Shown piece after piece: positions 1 to 8,276 of a DNA stretch of 64,000 nt; the stretch's first letter is position 1, and each line of letters begins with the position of its first letter. The position numbers were made by a program, and so were the translations under genes. The notes beneath the pieces were generated by a model. The model did not search any database. It saw only the letters and a program-made list of their open reading frames with translations, and had not been told where the DNA came from. This DNA comes from an uncultured Pelagibacteraceae bacterium. GTDB taxonomy: Bacteria; Pseudomonadota; Alphaproteobacteria; Pelagibacterales; Pelagibacteraceae. Location: assembly GCA_902554195.1 (NCBI GenBank), contig CACDNT010000001.1:7756-71755 (forward strand), written 5' to 3'.

Positions 1-623
1 TCATAAATTTTTTCTGCTGCGTATTCAGGTGTTTTCAAAAAAGGCATTTTGAAATCATTTTTATCAGTCATCGGAGTTTTAATAAAACCTGGTGAAACTA
101 AACATATACGTACATTTGACCTTCCAAAATCAAAATATAAACTTTCAGCAAGATTATTTAAAGCTGATTTTGATGGTCCATATCCTGTTGAATTAGGTAA
201 TCCTCGATAACCAGCAATTGATGAAACAATAGTAATTGTTCCATCTTTTTTATTTTTAAAGTATTCCTCTACTGCTTTAATACTATTTAAAGTTCCAAAA
301 AAATTAACTTTAAAAACATTTTCAATTTGCTCTACATCAATATCTTTTTCTTTTTTTGGATCCCAAGTTCCCGTAGAAAAAAAACAAATATCTAAGTTTT
401 GAAATTTATTTATGATTTGATTAAAAACTTCTTTACAATTTGATTTATTAGTAACATCTAATGGAAATGAACTTATATTTTCATAATTATTTGAAATTTC
501 CTCTAATAATTGCTCGCGTCTTGCAGAAATTGCAACATTCCATCCCTCATTAGCAAATTTTATAGCTAAAGCTTTTCCAATTCCAGTACTTCCACCAGTT
601 ATCCAAATAGTTTTTTTATTCAT
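1..623 (-). CDS. Short-chain dehydrogenase/reductase (SDR), 3' end runs off window
   Basis: Translated by hand from ATG at 623: MNKKTIWITGGSTGIGKALA (TGxxxGIG Rossmann motif), SSIAG, YGPSK (YxxxK) and VSPGFIKT; frame stays open to the window edge. Confidence 0.9.
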   Translation of the reverse strand, partial: MNKKTIWITGGSTGIGKALAIKFANEGWNVAISARREQLLEEISNNYENISSFPLDVTNKSNCKEVFNQIINKFQNLDICFFSTGTWDPKKEKDIDVEQIENVFKVNFFGTLNSIKAVEEYFKNKKDGTITIVSSIAGYRGLPNSTGYGPSKSALNNLAESLYFDFGRSNVRICLVSPGFIKTPMTDKNDFKMPFLKTPEYAAEKIY

Positions 624-635
624 TTTATAAAGATG

Positions 636-641
636 TATAAT
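636..641 (+). promoter_or_regulatory. Putative -10 box giving a leaderless tspO transcript
   Basis: Perfect TATAAT ending 6 nt before ATG 648; no Shine-Dalgarno sequence. Confidence 0.4.
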
Positions 642-647
642 ACTTAT

Positions 648-1115
648 ATGTTAAAAAATAAATTTTTATCATTAATTCTTTTTTTTATAATCACTTTTTC
701 CGCGTCATTTATTGGAGGTTTAGTCTCAATTAGCTTTAAAGAACCTTGGTATTCTAGTCTTGTGAAATCAAATTATAATCCACCAGATTGGATATTTGCA
801 CCTGTTTGGACAACACTTTACGTGATGATGACATTAGCTATTTGGTTTTTTTGGCACAGCAAAAAAAGAGATGTAAACACAATTTACATTTATTTTATAC
901 ATATAGTTTTAAATGCAACTTGGAGTATTATCTTTTTTGGATTTCATCAAATATTTTTTGCATTGGTTGTTCTTGTTATTTTGATAACTTTCATAATAGT
1001 ACTGATTATTAGATTTAAACGTGTCAATTTTGTAAGTTTCTATTTAATGATTCCATATTTACTTTGGTGTTTCTATGCATTATTTCTTAATTATAACCTA
1101 TTGGTGTTAAATTAA
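648..1115 (+). CDS. tspO: TspO/MBR tryptophan-rich sensory protein
   Basis: WYSSLVK..NPPDWIFAPVWTTLY, LNATWSIIFFG and PYLLW..YA..LN motifs; five hydrophobic segments. ATG 648 preferred over 633 because TATAAT lies at 636-641. Confidence 0.92.
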   Translation: MLKNKFLSLILFFIITFSASFIGGLVSISFKEPWYSSLVKSNYNPPDWIFAPVWTTLYVMMTLAIWFFWHSKKRDVNTIYIYFIHIVLNATWSIIFFGFHQIFFALVVLVILITFIIVLIIRFKRVNFVSFYLMIPYLLWCFYALFLNYNLLVLN

Positions 1116-2219
1116 ATGGATGATGTTGTAATAGTCGGTGGTGGTATTATTGGTGCAGCGACAGCTTATTTTTTATCCAAAGAGGGAAGAAAAGTAAAAG
1201 TAATTGAAAGAGACCCAACTTATAAATCAGCTTCTTTTCCTCTTTCGTTAGGAGGTTTTAGAAGGCAATTTTTTCAAACCGAAAATATCCTGTTAGGTAA
1301 ATTTGCTAGAGAATTTATATTCCAAATTCCAGAATTACTTAAAACAGAAAAAAATCCAAATCCTACAGCAAGCATGGTTCCAAACGGATATTTATTAATG
1401 TTTGGCCCAGAACATGCTGAGGAACAATATAAGGCTTTAGAAAATCACAAAGCCTGTGAGGCAGGTACTAAGAATATTAAAGGTTCTGATTTAGATAAAT
1501 TTTTTCCCTACATTAATAAAGAAGGAATAGAAACTGCTACATTTACTGACAATAAAAGTGAAGGATGGATTGATCCTTTTCTATTTCATACAGCTCTAAA
1601 AAGTAAAGCAATAGAGCAAGGTGCAGAATTTATAAAAGGAGAGGTGAAATCTTTGTCAGAAATTAAAGCTAAAACAATAGTTTCTGCTGCTGGATGTTGG
1701 ACAAAGGAATTATTAGAGGATATTCCGGTCGAACCTCAAAAGCATACAGTCTTTAGAGTTAAGTGTCCAAAGCATATACCCGAAATGCCGTTAACTGGAG
1801 ATTTAACTACAGGTGTTTATTGGAGACCTGAAGGTAAAGAGTATTTAGCCGGGTCACCAAAATCAGTTTTTGATGCCACTGATCTCGAACCAGCATGGGA
1901 TGATTTTGAGGAATTAGTTTGGCCTGCTTTAGCAAAAAGGATTCCAGCATTTGAAGAATTAAAGTTAACTGGTGGTTGGGCAGGTTATTATGATTGTAAT
2001 AGATTAGATAATAATGCTGTTGTCGGAAAACATCCTAAATTTGAAAATGTGTACTTAGCAACTGGTTTTACGGGAAGAGGATTGATGCAAGCACCAGGAA
2101 TTGGTAGAGCTTTAACAGAATTAATTACAACAGGCTCTTATCAATCGATTGATATTTCAAATATGGCAGTAGAAAGAGTATTAGGCGCAAAAGCAAGGCC
2201 AGAACCTTACGTCTTATAA
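1116..2219 (+). CDS. FAD-dependent oxidoreductase, DAO/sarcosine oxidase beta-like family (FOXRED1-like)
   Basis: VVIVGGGIIG dinucleotide motif, ERDPTY..AS..S.GG.R.QF, EGWIDP, WAGYYD.N..D.N and ATGFTG.GLMQAPG.GR. Confidence 0.85.
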   Translation: MDDVVIVGGGIIGAATAYFLSKEGRKVKVIERDPTYKSASFPLSLGGFRRQFFQTENILLGKFAREFIFQIPELLKTEKNPNPTASMVPNGYLLMFGPEHAEEQYKALENHKACEAGTKNIKGSDLDKFFPYINKEGIETATFTDNKSEGWIDPFLFHTALKSKAIEQGAEFIKGEVKSLSEIKAKTIVSAAGCWTKELLEDIPVEPQKHTVFRVKCPKHIPEMPLTGDLTTGVYWRPEGKEYLAGSPKSVFDATDLEPAWDDFEELVWPALAKRIPAFEELKLTGGWAGYYDCNRLDNNAVVGKHPKFENVYLATGFTGRGLMQAPGIGRALTELITTGSYQSIDISNMAVERVLGAKARPEPYVL

Positions 2220-2230
2220 TTTCTTTAACA

Positions 2231-3685
2231 TTAAGTACCGCAAAAAGTTTTATACTCTTTTAAAGAACTATCCATTTTAAGATAATCTGAAATGTTTTCT
2301 TGTATTTCATATGGCTTTTTTAAAATTTCTAAAAGCTTATTGAATGACTTAAGATTGTTGTCGTTTGCTTTTTCTAATGACTCCTCAATTTTATGATTTC
2401 TTGGTATTACAAGAGGATTAACACTTCTCATTAACTTTATATAATTTTCTGGAGTATTATTATTTAATTTTAATCTTTCTTGCCAATTTTTTTTCCAGTT
2501 TTGAAAGTTGTCATCTTTATATGAGTCATCATCATAGTCTTTAAGATTCATTAAATGACAAAAGGTATTTGTGTAGTCTACTTTATTTTGATGCATCCAA
2601 GTGAGTAAATCGACAATCAAAAATTTATCTTTTTTATCCTCACCTAACAATCCAAGTTTACTTCTCATCATATTCAACCATTTTTCCTCATATTTTTTAG
2701 CGAATGTTTCAATTAACTCGGTTGCACTTTTAATCGCCTTATTTTCATCGTCATCAATTAAAGGTATTAAACACTCAGCAAATCTTGAAAGATTCCATTT
2801 TGTAATAGCAGGTTGATTGCAATAAGCATATCTTCCCATCTTATCAATTGAGCTAAAAACAGTTTTTGGGTCATAGGTATCCATGAATGCACATGGACCA
2901 TAGTCAATCGTTTCACCAGAAATTGTCATGTTATCAGTATTCATAACTCCATGAATAAAACCAACACGCATCCAGTTGACTACAAGATCAATTTGTTTAT
3001 CAATAAGTACTTTTAAAAGGTCTAGCGTTTTATTGTTTGAATTTATTAGCTCTGGATAATGTCTTTTAATCACATAATTTAGTAAAATTTCTAACTCATC
3101 TTTTTTATTACGTGCTGCAACGTATTGAAAAGTTCCGACTCTAATATGACTTGAAGCCACTCTAGTTAGGACAGCACCTTGCAATGAAGTCTCTCGCATT
3201 ATTTCCTCACCTGTTTTAGCTACTGCTAAACTTCTTGTTGAAGGAATATTTAGATTATGCATTGCTTCACTAATTATGTATTCCCTTAACATTGGACCTA
3301 GTGCAGCTCTACCATCACCATTTCTTGAAAATGCTGTCTTACCTGAACCTTTAAATTGTACATCGTATCTCTCATTATTTTTTGTTAAATGCTCTCCTAT
3401 TAAAACTGCTCTTCCATCTCCTAACATTGTAAAATGTCCAAATTGGTGACCAGCATAAGCTTGAGCAATAGCATTACTTCCTTCTGGAAGAATATTACCG
3501 GTAAATAAAGCTCCCAATTCATTTTTATCAATTTTGGAAAAGTCTAAGTTTAATTCTTCAATTAAATCCTCATTCATTAAAACTAATTCAGGATTTTTTA
3601 CGGCGACAGGTTCAATATGCTCTTTAAATGCATCAGACAGTCTTGAATAAGAGTTATCGAAATTCCAATTCATATTATTCTTCAT
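2231..3685 (-). CDS. selO: Protein adenylyltransferase SelO/YdiU
   Basis: AQAYAGHQFG, LGDGRA, QFKGSG, DGRA.LGP.LREY, HGVMNTDN, IDYGPCAF and C-terminal TFCGT. Start likely ATG 3685 or 3673 rather than 3733. Confidence 0.93.
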   Translation of the reverse strand: MKNNMNWNFDNSYSRLSDAFKEHIEPVAVKNPELVLMNEDLIEELNLDFSKIDKNELGALFTGNILPEGSNAIAQAYAGHQFGHFTMLGDGRAVLIGEHLTKNNERYDVQFKGSGKTAFSRNGDGRAALGPMLREYIISEAMHNLNIPSTRSLAVAKTGEEIMRETSLQGAVLTRVASSHIRVGTFQYVAARNKKDELEILLNYVIKRHYPELINSNNKTLDLLKVLIDKQIDLVVNWMRVGFIHGVMNTDNMTISGETIDYGPCAFMDTYDPKTVFSSIDKMGRYAYCNQPAITKWNLSRFAECLIPLIDDDENKAIKSATELIETFAKKYEEKWLNMMRSKLGLLGEDKKDKFLIVDLLTWMHQNKVDYTNTFCHLMNLKDYDDDSYKDDNFQNWKKNWQERLKLNNNTPENYIKLMRSVNPLVIPRNHKIEESLEKANDNNLKSFNKLLEILKKPYEIQENISDYLKMDSSLKEYKTFCGT

Positions 3686-3690
3686 AAAGT

Positions 3691-4266
3691 TTATTGACTC
3701 CAGATTCTTTTTAACAATTCTTCTCTTCCACACGCTTTTTTATATCTAAGATATCTTTCTAATTTAATCTTATAAAAATCTTGATGATATTCCTCTGCTT
3801 TATAAAATTTTTTGAAATTCCTAATATATGTAACAACTTTTTTGTTAAATTTATTTTCTAAATCTTTTATATCTTTTTCAATTAATTTTTTTTCTTCTTC
3901 ATTTTGATAAAATGCAACTGATCTATAACTATATCCTTTGTCACAAAATTGACCGTAAGCATCAAATGGATCAATATTAATCCAAAAATTTTCTAATAAT
4001 TCTTTGAATGAAATAACTTTTTTATCATAGATTATTTCTACAACTTCAAAATGACCAGTATTTCCATAAGTAACTTCTTTGTAAGTTGGGTTTTCAGTAA
4101 TACCTCCAGAATAACCAGAAATTACTTCTTCCACACCTTTTAATTTTTCAAATGACTCCTCAACACACCAAAAACATCCCCCAGCGAAATATGCCTTATC
4201 TTTTGGAGCAGAATATGAAAAATTTATATTAATTAAAAAAAAGAAAATTATGAAAAAATACTTCAT
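3691..4266 (-). CDS. msrA: Peptide-methionine (S)-S-oxide reductase with N-terminal signal-like peptide
   Basis: FAGGCFWC active site, GYSGG..NPTY, GHFEVV and AEEYHQ. Confidence 0.95.
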   Translation of the reverse strand: MKYFFIIFFFLININFSYSAPKDKAYFAGGCFWCVEESFEKLKGVEEVISGYSGGITENPTYKEVTYGNTGHFEVVEIIYDKKVISFKELLENFWINIDPFDAYGQFCDKGYSYRSVAFYQNEEEKKLIEKDIKDLENKFNKKVVTYIRNFKKFYKAEEYHQDFYKIKLERYLRYKKACGREELLKRIWSQ

Positions 4267-4307
4267 TAATTATCATAAACAAATTCGTTATGATAAGTCC
4301 AGATTTT

Positions 4308-4337
4308 AAAGGTAGCTACTTATAAGTAGCCACCTTT
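4308..4337 (-). terminator. Intrinsic terminator-like hairpin downstream of fdh
   Basis: AAAGGTAGCTACT-TATA-AGTAGCCACCTTT inverted repeat 17 nt past the fdh stop. Confidence 0.75.
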
Positions 4338-4354
4338 ATTAATTATATTTGAAA

Positions 4355-5554
4355 TTATTTTTTTTTGTATTTTGCTGCTTCTTCGGATCCACCAGTAGCT
4401 GAACCTTTACTGTACGAGTGAGCACCCATACCAGCTAACTGACCATCTTTAACAATCAAATATTGATTTCTAATTTCTTTACCTTCAAAGAAACATTCCA
4501 ATATTTCTCTTACACCATCGGCATATCTTGATTGTGCAGTCAAAGATGTTCCAGAAGTGTGAGGTGTCATACCATGATGTGGCATGCTTCTCCACACGTG
4601 ATCATTTGGTGCAGGTTGAGGAAACCATACGTCTCCAGCGTAACCACTTAATTGACCACTTTTTAATGCTTTTGCAATAGCATCTCGATTACAGATTTTT
4701 CCTCTAGCAGTGTTTACAATATAAGCGCCTTTTTTCATTTTACTTATCATTGCTTCATCAAATAAGTTCTCAGTTTCAGGGTGAAGAGGACAATTAATTG
4801 TTACCACATCACAAACTTTTACCATCGACTCTACAGACTCATGAAATGTAAGGTTCAATTCTTTTTCAACAGAGTCAGGTAATTTATGTCTATCAAAATA
4901 GTGCAAATGAACATCAAATGGTTTCATTTTTCTTAATGCATCTAAACCAATACGTCCTGCAGCAACTGTTCCAATATGCATACCCTCAACATCATATGAT
5001 CTTTGAACGGCATCAGCGATATTCCAGCCGCCTTCATTAACAATTCTATGTTGATTATGGTAATCTCTTACCATTGAAACAATCATCATAACGATGTGTT
5101 CAGCTACAGATCTTGAATTACAATAAGTTACCTCTACAACATCAATTTTGTTATCCATTGCAGCTTGTAAATCAACATGGTCTGAACCAATTCCTGCTGT
5201 AATTGCCATTTTTAAATTTTTGGCTTTAGCAATTCTCTCTTTTGTTAAATAATATGGAAAGAAAGGTTGAGAAATTACAATGTCAGCATCCACAATATGT
5301 TTGTCAGCTTCACATCCATCCCCATCTTTACTATTAGTCACTACTAACTCATGACCATTACTTTCTAAAAATTTTCTTAATCCTAACTCACCAGACACAC
5401 ATCCTAGTAATTGTCCTGGAGTGTAGTCTCTTCCTTTAGGTGATGGTAAAGTCATTCCATCTGGGTATTTTTCTATTTTAGGTAATTCTGAAAGTGCATA
5501 TGATTTAGGCATTCCGCCCTTTGGATCATCATATAATACGCATAATATCTTCAT
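4355..5554 (-). CDS. fdh: NAD-dependent formate dehydrogenase
   Basis: LLGCVSGELGLRKFLE, ISQPF.P.YLT, TAGIGSDH, YCNSRSVAEH, AAGRIG, NTARG, GDVWFPQPAP and MTPHTSG: the metal-independent FDH family. Confidence 0.97.
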   Translation of the reverse strand: MKILCVLYDDPKGGMPKSYALSELPKIEKYPDGMTLPSPKGRDYTPGQLLGCVSGELGLRKFLESNGHELVVTNSKDGDGCEADKHIVDADIVISQPFFPYYLTKERIAKAKNLKMAITAGIGSDHVDLQAAMDNKIDVVEVTYCNSRSVAEHIVMMIVSMVRDYHNQHRIVNEGGWNIADAVQRSYDVEGMHIGTVAAGRIGLDALRKMKPFDVHLHYFDRHKLPDSVEKELNLTFHESVESMVKVCDVVTINCPLHPETENLFDEAMISKMKKGAYIVNTARGKICNRDAIAKALKSGQLSGYAGDVWFPQPAPNDHVWRSMPHHGMTPHTSGTSLTAQSRYADGVREILECFFEGKEIRNQYLIVKDGQLAGMGAHSYSKGSATGGSEEAAKYKKK

Positions 5555-5959
5555 TTATTCTCCTGTACATTTAAATATTTATTTAGCGCATCTAACATTA
5601 TTTTAGGATCCCAAGCAATGAATTATTTTTGAATGGGTGAGACTTTTTAAAAAATCAATTTATAAATAACCTTTGCAAAAATAATAATTATTAATGATTT
5701 GCCGAATAGTTAAAGATGAAACACTATTTAAATGACTTATATTGAGTTATTTTATGCCATAGAGTTAGTAACATTAAATAAAATTATTAAGCCAACTCTT
5801 AGAAAAACAGATATAGAAATGCTTACACTTTTCAGGGAAGCAAAAAATTTAGAAAAATTAATTTTTTTCAATCTGAAGTTTTATTTCATCTAAGGGTTGT
5901 GGAAAAGCTATCAAAAGTTTGGGTAAAAGAGATCTAATGCGAATTGGAATGATTAAAAT

Positions 5960-5988
5960 TTGCACAATCTAAAAGCATATGATTTAAT
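5960..5988 (+). promoter_or_regulatory. Putative sigma70 promoter for the ABC operon
   Basis: TTGCAC (5960-65), 17 nt spacer, TTTAAT (5983-88) with extended -10 TG at 5980-81; SD-like AAGAGGGG just before ATG 6021. Confidence 0.55.
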
Positions 5989-6020
5989 CTAAATTATAAC
6001 TTAAATTAAGAGGGGTAGAA

Positions 6021-7379
6021 ATGTTAACAAAAATGTTAAAAAGGGTTGCATCTACTTTAACAGTAGTTGTAGCTGTATTTTCTTCACTCGCTTTACCTCA
6101 AAAAGTATTCGGAGCAGAAACTCAATACTTTCCTGTAGCTAGTAGTCGTGTTGGACCTTATTCAGCAATGGGGACTGGTTACTATGGGGCTCAGATTGAC
6201 TACATGAATTATGTCAATATGACAGGCGGTGTGAACGGAGTCATGCTTACATGGCAAGAATGTGAAACTGAGTACAACGCTGTGAAAACAGTTGAGTGTT
6301 ACCAGAGACTACTTGAAAAAGATGGTCAAAGAATAGTTGTTTTTGATACTTTAGGAACACCAGGAGCATATGCAGTTATTAACCGTATGGCAAAAGACAA
6401 TGTTGTTTTAGCTCAATATGGTTATGGAAGAACTGACGGTGCTGATGGAAGAGTATGGCCTTGGGTATTTAATGCTGCAAGTCACTACTGGTCTCAAATA
6501 GCAGTAAAATTAAAATTTATGGCTGAGATCGAAGGCGGAATTGATAAGATGAAAGGTAAAAAAATCGTTCACTTACACATTGACTCTGCTTACGGAAGAG
6601 AGCCATTACCAGCAATGAGAAAAATAACTTCTGACTGGGGAATGAAATTAGTTGAAATTTCAATTCCACCTCCAGGTCTAGAACAACAATCTCAATGGCT
6701 GCAAATCAGAAGAGAAAATCCTGATTGGGTTACTTTCTGGGGAGCAGGTTCTGGAATGAATTCAACAGCAATGACTAATGCTGCTAGAATTAATTTCCCA
6801 AGAGATAGAATGATGTACGTAACATTCGGTGCTGCTGAGGAGGATATGTATCCAGCAGGTGATGCTGCAATAGGAACTTACGCAGTTGCTAATGCTTTAC
6901 CAGGCGAATATCCGTTAGTTAAAGACATCAAAGACAAAGTATATGGTTCTGGAAAAGGTAACTTAGCTGATCCAAATAGAATTGGTTCAGTTTACTGGAA
7001 TAGAGGACTAGGTGCTGCAGTTATGTGGATTGAGGCTTTGAAAAATGCTCAAAAGATGCATAACAAAGTTGGAAAAGCAGTGACTGGTGCTGAGTTTAGA
7101 GATGGTTATGAGGCTTTAAACATGACTGAAGCTAGACTTACTGAACTTGGAGTTGGAGGAATGTTAGCTCCATTTGCTATTTCATGTGCAAACCATGAAG
7201 GTGCCGGTAAATTTGCTGTAATGCAGTGGGATGGAAAAAAATTCAATCAGGTAACTGGTTGGGAAGCTCCATTAGACCCTAAATTTATTAGAGGTTTAGT
7301 TGAAGACTCTGCAGCAAAATTTGCTAAAGAAAACAACATTACACCAAAAAAAATGTGGATAATTAATTTAATCAATTAA
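6021..7379 (+). CDS. ABC transporter substrate-binding protein, Liv/branched-chain family
   Basis: Signal peptide, RVGPY, GGVNGV, ECETEY..VECY, DG.V.PW.F and DSAYGREP. C-terminus probably frameshifted in an A8 run (see findings). Confidence 0.92.
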   Translation: MLTKMLKRVASTLTVVVAVFSSLALPQKVFGAETQYFPVASSRVGPYSAMGTGYYGAQIDYMNYVNMTGGVNGVMLTWQECETEYNAVKTVECYQRLLEKDGQRIVVFDTLGTPGAYAVINRMAKDNVVLAQYGYGRTDGADGRVWPWVFNAASHYWSQIAVKLKFMAEIEGGIDKMKGKKIVHLHIDSAYGREPLPAMRKITSDWGMKLVEISIPPPGLEQQSQWLQIRRENPDWVTFWGAGSGMNSTAMTNAARINFPRDRMMYVTFGAAEEDMYPAGDAAIGTYAVANALPGEYPLVKDIKDKVYGSGKGNLADPNRIGSVYWNRGLGAAVMWIEALKNAQKMHNKVGKAVTGAEFRDGYEALNMTEARLTELGVGGMLAPFAISCANHEGAGKFAVMQWDGKKFNQVTGWEAPLDPKFIRGLVEDSAAKFAKENNITPKKMWIINLIN

Positions 7380-7391
7380 TATTTACATGAG

Positions 7392-7430
7392 TGGGAAGCT
7401 TAAACAATTTTAACTGTTTCAAGCTTCCCA
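7392..7430 (+). terminator. Stem-loop after the SBP gene (partial terminator or mRNA-stabilising hairpin)
   Basis: TGGGAAGCTT-AAACA...TGTTT-CAAGCTTCCCA followed by TTT. Confidence 0.7.
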
Positions 7431-7458
7431 TTTAAATAGTATTTTAAGAAAAAAATTA

Positions 7459-8274
7459 ATGAGTGATAATTCTGTAAACATTCTTGATATAAAAAATATT
7501 GAGGTAATGTATGACAACGTTATTTTAGCTTTACATGATGTTTCTTTAAAAGTTCCCAAAGGAAAAGTAGTTGCGTTGTTAGGAGCAAATGGAGCAGGTA
7601 AAAGTACGACATTAAAAGCTGTCTCAACTATGTTAGCCTCCGAAAGAGGTAAAGTTACAAAAGGATCAATCGATTATGATGGAAACTCAATAGAAAAACA
7701 AAATCCATCTCAAATGGTTGGTCTTGGAATGGTACAAGTATTAGAGGGCAGAAGATGCTTTGGTCATTTAACTGTTGAGGAAAATATTATTTCAGGAGCT
7801 TATTCAAGAAAATTATCTAAAGGAGATATAGATCAAGAATTAGAGAAAATTTATACTTATTTTTTAAGATTAAAAGAAAGAAGAAAAAGTCAAGCAGCAT
7901 TCACATCAGGTGGAGAACAACAAATGATTGCAGTTGCAAGAGCAATGATGGCAAAACCTAAAATGTTGTTATTAGACGAGCCAACAATGGGCTTAGCACC
8001 TCAATTAGTTGCTGAGATTTTTAATATTGTAAAAGAGTTAAATCAAAAAGAAGGAGTTAGTATTTTGCTTGCTGAACAGAATACTAATATTGCATTAAAA
8101 AATTCTGATTATGGTTACATCATTGAAACTGGAAAGGTGATGCTCGAGGGGACTGCGGAAAGTTTATTAAACAATGATAAAGTAAAAGAATTATACTTAG
8201 GTATATCAAAAAAAGGTAGAAAAAACTTTAGAGATGTTCTTAAAGAGGAAAGTTTAAACAAAAAAATTAATTAA
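7459..8274 (+). CDS. ABC ATP-binding protein, LivF-like
   Basis: GANGAGKST, SGGEQQM, LLLDEPTMGLAP and LAEQN. Confidence 0.93.
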   Translation: MSDNSVNILDIKNIEVMYDNVILALHDVSLKVPKGKVVALLGANGAGKSTTLKAVSTMLASERGKVTKGSIDYDGNSIEKQNPSQMVGLGMVQVLEGRRCFGHLTVEENIISGAYSRKLSKGDIDQELEKIYTYFLRLKERRKSQAAFTSGGEQQMIAVARAMMAKPKMLLLDEPTMGLAPQLVAEIFNIVKELNQKEGVSILLAEQNTNIALKNSDYGYIIETGKVMLEGTAESLLNNDKVKELYLGISKKGRKNFRDVLKEESLNKKIN

Positions 8275-8276
8275 AG

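Noticed and set aside
1116-2219. Calling the flavoprotein ThiO to complete thiS-thiG
   Set aside because: It is 46 kb from thiSG and its motifs resemble the FOXRED1/SoxB-like branch; a ThiO assignment cannot be supported.
5630-5850. Possible glycine riboswitch upstream of the ABC operon (fragments GCCGAA and CTTTTCAGG)
   Set aside because: The fragments are too far apart, the GGAGA element is missing and I cannot build the required stems. An Infernal/Rfam scan would settle it.
5898-5906. DnaA-box match TGTGGAAAA, plus a one-mismatch box near 26597 upstream of dnaB
   Set aside because: Isolated 9-mers are expected by chance in 64 kb of AT-rich DNA; there is no cluster indicating oriC.
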